44,415 nucleotides of DNA from positions 1 through 44,415 of the IMG/VR virus record IMGVR_UViG_3300037420_000784; one strand, given 5' to 3'. How positions within the stretch are numbered: the stretch's first letter is position 1; each line of letters starts with the position of its first letter. The DNA is from a virus. The position numbers and the translations under genes were made by a program. The notes beneath the pieces are model-generated. The model did not search any database, was not told where the DNA came from, and saw only the letters and a program-made list of their open reading frames with translations. Shown here one piece after another: positions 30,285 to 38,294 of this stretch.

Positions 30285-32180
30285 TCAGATCGGAAGCAGG
30301 GGGATGTTGGGAGAGAAGAGGATCTGCTTGACATCGCGGATCACGAACTCGCCGCTGCCGGCGAACTGCCATACGCCCAGCAGCCCGGACTGGTAGCCAT
30401 GGGTGAGCGTGAAGGTCGTCGCGAGCGGTGCCGCGCCATCTACCGCGATACTCAGGATGCCGCCGGAAGTGATTTTCACCCGGTAGGTGTGCTCCGCAGC
30501 GGTATAGTCGATGCTGTTGCTGATCATGGCGGAGGTGAAGGAGCCACCTTGAGCATCCGCCTCCCATACGGTCAGATCGGTCCCGTTGACGCCGACGATG
30601 ATATGCTGGGATGCAGCAGGGCCGGAAGTGAGCGTGCCCGTACATGCGCCGATGACGAAGCCGGTCGACCCGGCGAACTTGACCTTGAACTCAAGCTCGA
30701 GGTCATCTTCGCGCCAATCGACCAGGAAATCATCGAACAGCGAGACGCCCGCGCCCGTGATCGACATGGCCGGCGTGAGCGCGCTATCGGTCCTTCCAGG
30801 CGAACCGTAATAGGGTAGCGGCACCGTCGCAGGACGCGAGCGAATATAGCCCACATTGACCGCCCCGGTATTCGTGGTCTGCATATAAAGCAGATGGAAA
30901 CCCGCACCGATGCGACGCGCGACGTAGATCTCGTCGAACTCGAATGTGGTGGTCCAGCCTGGACGATACTGGCGGAGGGGGTTTCTGGCATAGCCGTCGA
31001 TGCTGACCGCGATGGCGCTATCCCCAGCGGCATAGCAAAGCATCTCGATGGAGATATCCATTTCCGGCGCGTCCGGAGGCACATAGAAGATGATACGCAT
31101 CGTGTTACCGGTGGCCTGCGCAGAGCCGACCACAACGCCCGTCCGCGAGGTGGGTGCCTGATAGATGACCTCGTTGCTGGCGCGGTGGAACGAGCCCGAC
31201 AGACCGGCGATCCGGCCCGGCGCGTCGAACGTGACCGCCTGCCCGCCCAGCAACGCCATGGCGAGATTGTTGCCGGCAAAGATATAGGCGCCGTGGTCGC
31301 TGGCCTGTGTTCCGTGAACGCCATCGATCAGCGTCGAGACCGGATCTACCCCCTGATCGAAGCGCGCGCGGAACAACGCGAACTGATCGACAAGGATGAC
31401 GTTCATGTTCTCCGCGACATCGCGCATGACCTGCGCGAAACGGGCCGTGTTCTCCGCGCGCAAGCGCGAGCCGAAGCCGGTAGGGGCGGCGGGATAGTTC
31501 AGGCACGGGAAGGGCGTCGCGAGGATCGGCACGATGTCATTGGCGCGGCAAGTCAGGGCGAATGCCTCCAGTGCCGTACGATACTCTTCCGGCGTGGTGG
31601 CGTAGTCGCCCTCGGCGTCATTGACACCGTGGTTGCAGATCATGGCGCTTGCCGACGAAGACGCTGCCTTGGCGGCGAAGGTGGAGCCAGAACCGTCCGT
31701 GCCAGCGATCATCTGGGTAGCCGTCGTTCCGATGATGCCTCGGTTGACGACTGTTAACGCTGAATTGCCATGCCAGTTATTAACGCAATTCTGCATTTGC
31801 AGCGGGGAAGGCGTGGCGACCTGAGCGAAACCGTTGTTGGCATCCGCACCCCACATCGTGCTGTCGCCGAATGCTTCGATAGTGCGCGCAGTGCCGGCGG
31901 CGAGCGCGGTGACAAGCATCTCTATGCGAGCGCGGTCGGAGAAATTGTCGTCTACCGCATCAAGAGCCTCTTGCACGGTTTGGCCCGACGCGGTGCCCAC
32001 CAGAGTGGCGCCGGTATTCGCTGCCAGGTCGGTACGGAGGCTCAGATCGCCTCCGCCGGCCTGCACGATTTCGTCTGGCGTCGTCCGATAGACCCCGGCG
32101 CCCGTGTCCACTATAAGCGCGTCATCCCCGCTCAAGGCGGGAACCGGCGGCAAACTTTGGGGTCGGATTGGGGTGGCCAT
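30285..32180 (-). CDS. tail protein with SGNH/GDSL esterase domain
   Basis: All SGNH blocks are present: FGDSTMWG (I), NRGIIGTTA (II), NHGVNDA (III) and DGVHGT (V). It has a fibre-like N-terminus and a beta-rich C-terminal domain. TGATG-coupled to the collar fibre gene. Confidence 0.8.
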   Translation of the reverse strand: MATPIRPQSLPPVPALSGDDALIVDTGAGVYRTTPDEIVQAGGGDLSLRTDLAANTGATLVGTASGQTVQEALDAVDDNFSDRARIEMLVTALAAGTARTIEAFGDSTMWGADANNGFAQVATPSPLQMQNCVNNWHGNSALTVVNRGIIGTTATQMIAGTDGSGSTFAAKAASSSASAMICNHGVNDAEGDYATTPEEYRTALEAFALTCRANDIVPILATPFPCLNYPAAPTGFGSRLRAENTARFAQVMRDVAENMNVILVDQFALFRARFDQGVDPVSTLIDGVHGTQASDHGAYIFAGNNLAMALLGGQAVTFDAPGRIAGLSGSFHRASNEVIYQAPTSRTGVVVGSAQATGNTMRIIFYVPPDAPEMDISIEMLCYAAGDSAIAVSIDGYARNPLRQYRPGWTTTFEFDEIYVARRIGAGFHLLYMQTTNTGAVNVGYIRSRPATVPLPYYGSPGRTDSALTPAMSITGAGVSLFDDFLVDWREDDLELEFKVKFAGSTGFVIGACTGTLTSGPAASQHIIVGVNGTDLTVWEADAQGGSFTSAMISNSIDYTAAEHTYRVKITSGGILSIAVDGAAPLATTFTLTHGYQSGLLGVWQFAGSGEFVIRDVKQILFSPNIPLLPI

Positions 32181-32980
32181 CAGCTCGCTCGGATCAGTTT
32201 GTTGAAGAGGATAGTGGGTTGCACGTTCGGGTGCGCTTCGTTGCCACCGGTGTTGTCCAGGCTCATTGTGTGCGTATGTGCGCCGGCAGCATCCGTGGAC
32301 CCGCCGACATCGCCCGAGGCTGTCTGAGCACCGCCAACGCCGGTATTGATGCTACCGCCGGGGCTGATCCCATGGCTGTGCGTGCCTGCGGAAGAGGTGG
32401 ATCCAGTATGCGTGTGCGCCGCGAGTTGGGCCTGCGTCAGAACGACGGATTGCGCGCCGCCAGTTGCGCCAAGCGTCACCCCGTCAGGTGACATGGTAGT
32501 AGTCAGGCGGCCAGCGACGCCGCTTTGGCTGAAATCTCGACCAGCCGTGACCCTGCCACGGCAATCTGGCAGGCTGAACGTAGTGCCGCTTAGTGAGCCA
32601 TAAGTTGTGCCGATCGCCGTGAAGAGATCTGGATAATCGGCGCGCAAGATCGATTGGCCTCCGCAGATCAGCCAGCCTGAAGGCGCGACGCTGCCGGCGA
32701 AATCAATCACCGTGCCAACGGGAATGCCAGTACCGCCAACCAGTTGTCCGACTGTTGCCGCATCAGTGGGATTGGTGCCGGGCGCGAGGTTCTGAATCGC
32801 GAACCCACCCATGCTCAAGACAGAGCGCATACCGCCGAGCCCGTCCCGATCGAGCGAGGCGCTTACCGCCGAAGCCAGATCCTGCATTGGCGGATTGTGC
32901 TGGGACGTGAGCAGGGTATCGCCGGTATTGACCAGCGTGCCGCTAGGTAGGGAGTAAGTGCCGTCCGGGGATCGGGGCAT
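32180..32980 (-). CDS. tail fibre with phage tail-collar domain
   Basis: The segment VGTVIDFAGSVAPSGWLICGGQSILRADYPDLFTAIGTTYGSLSGTTFSLPDCRGRV matches the Collar domain consensus. The C-terminus has AHTHT/THSHG repeats and a NVQPT motif. Confidence 0.85.
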   Translation of the reverse strand: MPRSPDGTYSLPSGTLVNTGDTLLTSQHNPPMQDLASAVSASLDRDGLGGMRSVLSMGGFAIQNLAPGTNPTDAATVGQLVGGTGIPVGTVIDFAGSVAPSGWLICGGQSILRADYPDLFTAIGTTYGSLSGTTFSLPDCRGRVTAGRDFSQSGVAGRLTTTMSPDGVTLGATGGAQSVVLTQAQLAAHTHTGSTSSAGTHSHGISPGGSINTGVGGAQTASGDVGGSTDAAGAHTHTMSLDNTGGNEAHPNVQPTILFNKLIRAS

Positions 32981-33032
32981 TCGCGCTTTCCATCAAAGAT
33001 GAAAAGCTCGCGAAGGCGTCAGCCGAGCTTGA

Positions 33033-33047
33033 TTAGGCGAAGCCTAA
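33033..33047. promoter_or_regulatory. perfect palindrome TTAGGCGAAGCCTAA in low-GC intergenic region
   Basis: A 6-bp arm and 3-nt loop hairpin lying between the fibre gene start and the plus-strand moron. Confidence 0.35.
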
Positions 33048-33091
33048 CAGAAACCATGGTGGCGAGCAAGGCGATGTGGTATCGATGACTT

Positions 33092-33346
33092 GTGACTGAC
33101 TACCACCGCATCGCCGCGGTCGCGGCATGTTCGGCGTTCCTGCGCGCGGCCATCTATTTCGGCTGGGAGCGCTACAAGGCCAAAAAAGCCAAAGACCCCG
33201 TACCGCTACGACTTAGAAACGGCGTCTACGAACCATGGGGATTTGCGGAGAGATCTGCATGGTGGTGGAGGCGGATTGGCGAAGTGGCGCTGATCTATTT
33301 TGCCTTGCTCGCCGGTATGCTCATTCTCGGAATACACCCGTTGTGA
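33092..33346 (+). CDS. opposite-strand membrane protein (84 aa; moron candidate)
   Basis: GTG start and two hydrophobic segments (IAAVAACSAFLRAAIYFGW and VALIYFALLAGMLILGI). It is the only plus-strand ORF with coding-like composition inside the minus-strand virion block. Confidence 0.45.
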   Translation: MTDYHRIAAVAACSAFLRAAIYFGWERYKAKKAKDPVPLRLRNGVYEPWGFAERSAWWWRRIGEVALIYFALLAGMLILGIHPL

Positions 33347-35975
33347 CCGCAGGTGCGGCAAGAAGCCCCGCAATGCGGTTGTTATCGTAGAGACTTTGCC
33401 CAGCACGCGCCAAGGCCGCTGGGCGCTCGGCCAACATCATGCGCTGCAACGTAGCTCGCGCAGCATTCGAATATGGTGCGGCGGCGAGAAGCGCTGCGAT
33501 TGTACCGGCAGCGGCGCTGCTAGGGGCGCCTTCCTCACCTTGAGCGGCATATGAACCTCCGCCCGCCAAACTGCCAGCGATAGCCGGCACAAGATACCGT
33601 CCAGCCGTACCGCTATCCGGCACGGCGCTAGGGAGCACCTCCTGACCTGCGCGGGTGAGATCGTAAAACGGCTGGTTGGTCGTCCCCTGGGCATTTCCAA
33701 AACGCCGAGCATTAGCTGAAGCGGCGTTCGAAAGCTGCGACGGCATGAACATGCCCGATTGTTCGAGGCGGCTCCCGCTGCTGCGGGCGGCGTTCACGGC
33801 CTCCCGAAGGGTCTCGACATTGCGGTTGACCTCATTGGCTGTGCGCAAAGCGCCGGCAGTCCCAGGAGACTGCCGTTCAAGCAATCCCTCTAGGACTCCT
33901 TCAGCTTGCCTCGTAACACCGCCAAAATCGTGCCCGAATGGCAGATTTTCCATCGCGCTGGCATCGCCACGAAGACCACGAAGGGCCTGTTGATACTCAC
34001 GACCGGTCATGTTGCCAGCATTATCGAATGCCTGCCCTACGCGCGTCGGCAGCGTATAATCCATTGCGCCGCGCATCGGCTCTGGCAGCTGCCGCCCTGC
34101 CTCGATCACCCCCCGCATGTCCGTCTCAAAGGGCTCGTCAGCCGATAGACGCACAGGACCAAGTACTTCGTCATAATTATTGCCGCGCAACACTCGCGCA
34201 ATATCGATACCAGGCTCACCAACTATACCGCCAGTCGTCTGTCCTATCGGTGCTGTGGCCTGATCAAAAGCAGTGCGATTAAAATCGGCGATGCTCTGGC
34301 CGCGACGTGCATTGATGGCATCGCCCAGAAACGGGATGCTGGTCAGTTTGTCTTCGATGCTCTTCGCCGTGCCCCCAAGAACCTGACCCGGCGTCATGCG
34401 CACGCCGGCACGATCAAGGAGAATACGAGCTTGATTCTGCACGCCAGTGCCTACACGCCCGAGGGTGCGGGCGCCGGCTCTTCCCGCCATGCCGCCAGCC
34501 ACCCCTGCTGCCCCGCCCATGAGAGCCCCAATAATGCGGCTTTCTGCCGGATCATCGGTGCTCCCCGCTCCGTAGGCCGCCCCGAACAGCGCATCCCCCG
34601 CTCGAGCCCTCGCTAATCCATTTAGTCCAAGCCTTGCTAAACCAGCCTCACCGGCGAGACTGGCAATAGTGCCCCCGCCGATCTCTCCAACGAGAGACGC
34701 GGTGGGATTTTGCTCGCGAATGCCGCCCATGATGGCGCGCGTGATTTCAGGGTTAGAAGTTAAGTTATCCAACGTGCCGAGCGTAACTGCATCCGCAGCA
34801 CCAAGTGTGGTTGCGCCAACTGGGCCGCTTCCAACCTGATTAAACATCTGCTGCGTGCCGCTCATCGGAACCGCGCGGTTCTCGATGTCAACGTTATACG
34901 ATCCGCCATATTCCGGATGCTTGGCGCGCCAGTCGATTACCTGGGGAATGTTGGTCGAGCCAGGCGGGACACCGACCTTGTTCAGATAGGCGTAAATTTC
35001 CTCTGCGGATTTGCCGCTGCGCATCATTTCGTTGACGCGGTTATTCACGCCAGCACGTGCTGGATCGGCCTCCATGCGCGTGGCGCCCGTGGGGATGCTG
35101 ACACCCGCACCGCCGGGGCCGCCGTCTACAACAAGTCTGGACGAGCGATCCAAGTCGGCGCCTCCCCCTCCCCCAGCTTGAGGAGAAGCTGCACCACCAG
35201 AACCGCTCGGAGGCAATGTCGCCATGCCCGCGACGCCATATTTCTTGGCAACTTCTGGCTGGCGGGGATCTTCGTTGTTCAGCAGCGCGAGTGCATTGCG
35301 ATAATGCCTCTCAACGCGCTCTAGGTTGCGCTTGAGGCTTTCGCTGTCCTGGGTCTGCTGGAGCGCGCCGACTGCGGCCGAAAGGCGCTGTGCCTCGGTC
35401 TCGGTCAGAGATCCGTAGCCGGACGCACCATTGGCCGATGCCGCCTTCAGCGCCGCCAAGGTGTCATTGATGATCGAGCCTTGGATACCGCTCAAAGTCG
35501 CGTGCAGGTTCGCCGAGTTTTGCCCAACCCATGGCACGCCCTGAAAAGCGCCCGTACCCGCGAAATTGCCTGTCGACCAACCATCATCGATCTGGCGTCG
35601 CGCCGTTCCGATCGCGCCCAGCACGCTGTCGGTTTTGAGCGCATTCTGGACTCGCGCGATTGCTGGGTCGGGGGCCGCTGCCTGCTCCTTGGCGGCGGCC
35701 GCAGCTTTAGAAGTTGCTATCGTCGCTTCAGCTTGAGCTTTTTGCACGTCATAGGGCAGCGTGGCCTGCTGCCGGGCCTCCGCGCTCTGAGACACGCCAA
35801 GTTGACTTTGCGAGATGCCAAGTTGCGCGTCCTTACGCGCTTGGTCCCGCGCCTCGTTCGGATCGGACAGGATCGCTCCCGACTGCGGCGGCTGCTGCGC
35901 GGGGCCGACAAGCTGCCAAGGCTGGCCCGGACCCGAGCGCCGATAGACATGGCCTTGGTAGATGCGTTCTTCCAT
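33321..35975 (-). CDS. large internal virion / ejection protein (884 aa)
   Basis: Position after the smaller internal proteins, long Gly/Ala/Gln-rich composition and TAATG coupling. No tape-measure-type context. Confidence 0.5.
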   Translation of the reverse strand: MEERIYQGHVYRRSGPGQPWQLVGPAQQPPQSGAILSDPNEARDQARKDAQLGISQSQLGVSQSAEARQQATLPYDVQKAQAEATIATSKAAAAAKEQAAAPDPAIARVQNALKTDSVLGAIGTARRQIDDGWSTGNFAGTGAFQGVPWVGQNSANLHATLSGIQGSIINDTLAALKAASANGASGYGSLTETEAQRLSAAVGALQQTQDSESLKRNLERVERHYRNALALLNNEDPRQPEVAKKYGVAGMATLPPSGSGGAASPQAGGGGGADLDRSSRLVVDGGPGGAGVSIPTGATRMEADPARAGVNNRVNEMMRSGKSAEEIYAYLNKVGVPPGSTNIPQVIDWRAKHPEYGGSYNVDIENRAVPMSGTQQMFNQVGSGPVGATTLGAADAVTLGTLDNLTSNPEITRAIMGGIREQNPTASLVGEIGGGTIASLAGEAGLARLGLNGLARARAGDALFGAAYGAGSTDDPAESRIIGALMGGAAGVAGGMAGRAGARTLGRVGTGVQNQARILLDRAGVRMTPGQVLGGTAKSIEDKLTSIPFLGDAINARRGQSIADFNRTAFDQATAPIGQTTGGIVGEPGIDIARVLRGNNYDEVLGPVRLSADEPFETDMRGVIEAGRQLPEPMRGAMDYTLPTRVGQAFDNAGNMTGREYQQALRGLRGDASAMENLPFGHDFGGVTRQAEGVLEGLLERQSPGTAGALRTANEVNRNVETLREAVNAARSSGSRLEQSGMFMPSQLSNAASANARRFGNAQGTTNQPFYDLTRAGQEVLPSAVPDSGTAGRYLVPAIAGSLAGGGSYAAQGEEGAPSSAAAGTIAALLAAAPYSNAARATLQRMMLAERPAALARAGQSLYDNNRIAGLLAAPAVTTGVFRE

Positions 35976-36418
35976 TATCGGCGCCCTCGGGGCTCAAGGT
36001 GGACGTGGTCGCCTTCCTGGATCACCTGGAGGCCCGGGTTCAGTTCGCGGAGCAGCGTCGCATAAGCGGACATGCTCATGCCCCTCGGTGGCACGCTATC
36101 GCGCGCAAGCGGATTGCCCATGGCGTCGCGGCGCGTGTGATAGCTATTCGGGACACCGCCAACCGCCGCATTGTGGGCGGGCGTGCGATATGTGCTGGTG
36201 ATTGTCTCACCTTCAACGCCTCGGAAAGCCGCCCGACGCGGTGGGCGTCGGACCTCCCTTGTCGAAGCCGTCGAAATCCGGGGGAAGCGTCGCTGGGGGC
36301 TGTGCACCCCCCGGAGCCGTAGATGCTGGACCACCTCCTCCCAATAGTGACGGAATTGCCGAGCGCGGGCCAAGAGCCACGCGGTTGCCCGGAAGCGGGA
36401 TGCTGACCACGGGGTCAT
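35975..36418 (-). CDS. peptidase M15 (zinc D,D-/L,D-peptidase) domain; start codon unresolved
   Basis: The last ~80 codons read TSTYRTPAHNAAVGGVPNSYHTRRD...ARD...EGDHVHLEP (SxHxxxD ... HxH pattern). The upstream ~68 codons are Arg-rich, overlap the preceding gene, and show no ATG/GTG/TTG near the domain boundary. Confidence 0.6.
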   Translation of the reverse strand: MTPWSASRFRATAWLLARARQFRHYWEEVVQHLRLRGVHSPQRRFPRISTASTREVRRPPRRAAFRGVEGETITSTYRTPAHNAAVGGVPNSYHTRRDAMGNPLARDSVPPRGMSMSAYATLLRELNPGLQVIQEGDHVHLEPRGRR

Positions 36419-37043
36419 TCAGTGCCGTGATGCGATCCTGCGCCGCCTTGCGCACATATTCAGGCTGCGTCAGGTCATTCGCCAGGTTCGCCAAGCGCAC
36501 GATTTCCGGCTGCTCCGGTGCCGTCCGGAAATCGCCAAGAACCTTGCTCGTTGTCGGATCAATGAGTTGCCCGTTGATCTCGATGGGTTCCGCGCGCTTC
36601 GTTGCCCGCGTGTATTGGTCCATCGCCAGCTTGCGAACCGAGGGGTCGATATACTGGTTTGCCAGCGCGGCCGAAATAGCCGGGTTGATAGGGGCGCCCC
36701 CCGGCGCCGGGACTTCGCCGCCGGGGGACATAGGAGGCGTGCCCGGAGCGGCGCCGGGGTTCATAAGGGCCTGGAGGACGCGGTCGCTTTCGGCCGCATT
36801 GCGCTCGGCGGCACGGTCGGCCGACTTCTCGCGGAAAGCTCCCAGAATATTGCCCGAAAGCCGCGCAAGGCCCTGCGTCCAGTGCTGGACCGGCGAATAG
36901 TCCGGCTGCATTAACGAGGCTGCGATCTGACGCTCGCGCTCGATCTGGTCGGGCGTCAGGCGTCGCCCCCCTGCACCCCAGACAAAGGGCTGCGAGGTCG
37001 TCTGCATCTGGCCCAAGGCCGAAGGGGTGAGGCTGATAGCCAT
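36213..37043 (-). CDS. internal virion protein (276 aa)
   Basis: ATG at 37043 in a TAATG overlap with the upstream stop. Gly/Pro-rich C-terminus. Confidence 0.55.
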   Translation of the reverse strand: MAISLTPSALGQMQTTSQPFVWGAGGRRLTPDQIERERQIAASLMQPDYSPVQHWTQGLARLSGNILGAFREKSADRAAERNAAESDRVLQALMNPGAAPGTPPMSPGGEVPAPGGAPINPAISAALANQYIDPSVRKLAMDQYTRATKRAEPIEINGQLIDPTTSKVLGDFRTAPEQPEIVRLANLANDLTQPEYVRKAAQDRITALNDPVVSIPLPGNRVALGPRSAIPSLLGGGGPASTAPGGAQPPATLPPDFDGFDKGGPTPTASGGFPRR

Positions 37044-37834
37044 TATCCCCACTTTCCTATGGCGGCACCGCCAAGATTACCCGCGAGACCAAACAGGCCG
37101 CCAAGCAACGCATTGCTGTTCTGAAGCTTCGACTGGTACTGTTGGTTGACGAGCCCAGTATAATCCACGCCCCCGACGCTCGCTTGCGGCGTTGGCCCGG
37201 ACATCTGCGCAGGGTTGGACACCTGCGAGCCCGAGAGCAGAGCAGTGATCTCGTTGATGGGCTGATTGCGCGTCGCCAGGGCTTCGCCGAATGCCTGCCC
37301 GCGACCGGTCAGCGCCAACTGGTTCATCTGGTCCGTGTTGGCATTGGTCATGCGGGACATCTCGCTGTCCCATGCCTGGGTACCTGGACGGAGGCCGGAA
37401 TTGACCAACCTCGAGCGCAGGGCTTCTTCATTGCGCTGCTGTTCGGGCCGAATGCGGGAGGCGCCCAGATCATATGCCCAGTCCGCCGCGTCCTGATTAT
37501 TGAACTCGAACGGGTCCTTCAGATAGTCGCCAATCGCAGCAGACTGATCCTGTGCGATGCCGGCGATGTTCGATTGCGCCGCCTGCGACTTATCGAAAAT
37601 GCCCTGCTGTTCGGGACTTAGTGTGGTTGTCTGCGTGTACTGCGGAACCGTGACGGTCTTGCCCGTGGAATCAACGAAACTCTGGGAACCGGTCGGGTTG
37701 TAGTTGACGCTACCCCAAGGGTTCACTTGGTTCGTCATGTTGATGAGGTTTTGCGAAGTCGCCGTGTCGCGATTCATCCCCGACTGGGCGGCGGCTGTTG
37801 CCATCGGATCGGGGGCTTTGGGCGTCGAGACCAC
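37043..37834 (-). CDS. internal virion protein (263 aa, Gln/Asn/Ser-rich)
   Basis: Composition and position in the podovirus-like internal-protein series. GTG start at 37834, with an alternative ATG at 37804. Confidence 0.5.
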   Translation of the reverse strand: MVSTPKAPDPMATAAAQSGMNRDTATSQNLINMTNQVNPWGSVNYNPTGSQSFVDSTGKTVTVPQYTQTTTLSPEQQGIFDKSQAAQSNIAGIAQDQSAAIGDYLKDPFEFNNQDAADWAYDLGASRIRPEQQRNEEALRSRLVNSGLRPGTQAWDSEMSRMTNANTDQMNQLALTGRGQAFGEALATRNQPINEITALLSGSQVSNPAQMSGPTPQASVGGVDYTGLVNQQYQSKLQNSNALLGGLFGLAGNLGGAAIGKWG

Positions 37835-37838
37835 GTGC

Positions 37839-37870
37839 GGACCTACTCTAAACGTGCCCGAAGTAGGTCC
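37839..37870 (-). promoter_or_regulatory. 9-bp perfect stem-loop (GGACCTACT / AGTAGGTCC)
   Basis: Lies in the 82-nt gap after the GNAT gene stop. There is no U-run, so it could be an attenuator or a processing site. Confidence 0.35.
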
Positions 37871-37916
37871 AGCGGCACAAATGCAGGGCCTTGTCTAAAC
37901 TATTTCGCGCCGCGGT

Positions 37917-38294
37917 TCAATAGCGCCACTCCTCCCGGAGAATGCCCGCCACGAGCCCGTTCTTGCCCGGCCCGAAATGGTTCCGCAGGCAGCCTTCATA
38001 TTGCCCACCAAGTCGCTCAGCGAAAGTTGCCGTGATCTCATCGGCCGTTATCGCCGTCATCCGCTCACAGCCAAGCTGGTCGAATACATAGGTCCCCACG
38101 GCCTTGAGGAAATCCTTGGTCCATCCCCTGCCCGCTACGGTGACGTGCAAATCGGCGCCCTCGAAGTGATTGAACACCACGCCGCCGATGATCTCCCCGT
38201 CCCGCTCTATGCCCATGGCGGTGAATGGGGGGCACAGGCCAAATCCGAGCCTTTCGGATACGAACTGGGCGCAGCGATCGTCTGCCACGATCAT
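37917..38294 (-). CDS. GNAT-like acetyltransferase (short, 125 aa) in virion module
   Basis: The pattern GIERDGEIIGGVVFNHFEGADLHVTVAGRGWTKDFLKAV...ERMTAITADEITATFAERLGGQYEGCLRN resembles the GNAT core beta4-alpha3-beta5. ATGA-coupled to the upstream tail gene. Confidence 0.5.
   Translation of the reverse strand: MIVADDRCAQFVSERLGFGLCPPFTAMGIERDGEIIGGVVFNHFEGADLHVTVAGRGWTKDFLKAVGTYVFDQLGCERMTAITADEITATFAERLGGQYEGCLRNHFGPGKNGLVAGILREEWRY

Noticed and set aside
36205-36260. prfB-style programmed +1 frameshift with an upstream internal Shine-Dalgarno (AGGGAGG at about 36256)
   Set aside because: The SD-like element lies about 45 nt from the CGT TGA site, far beyond the few-nt spacing used in prfB. 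CGU-to-GUU re-pairing is also poor. Recoding is kept only as one of several hypotheses in the findings.
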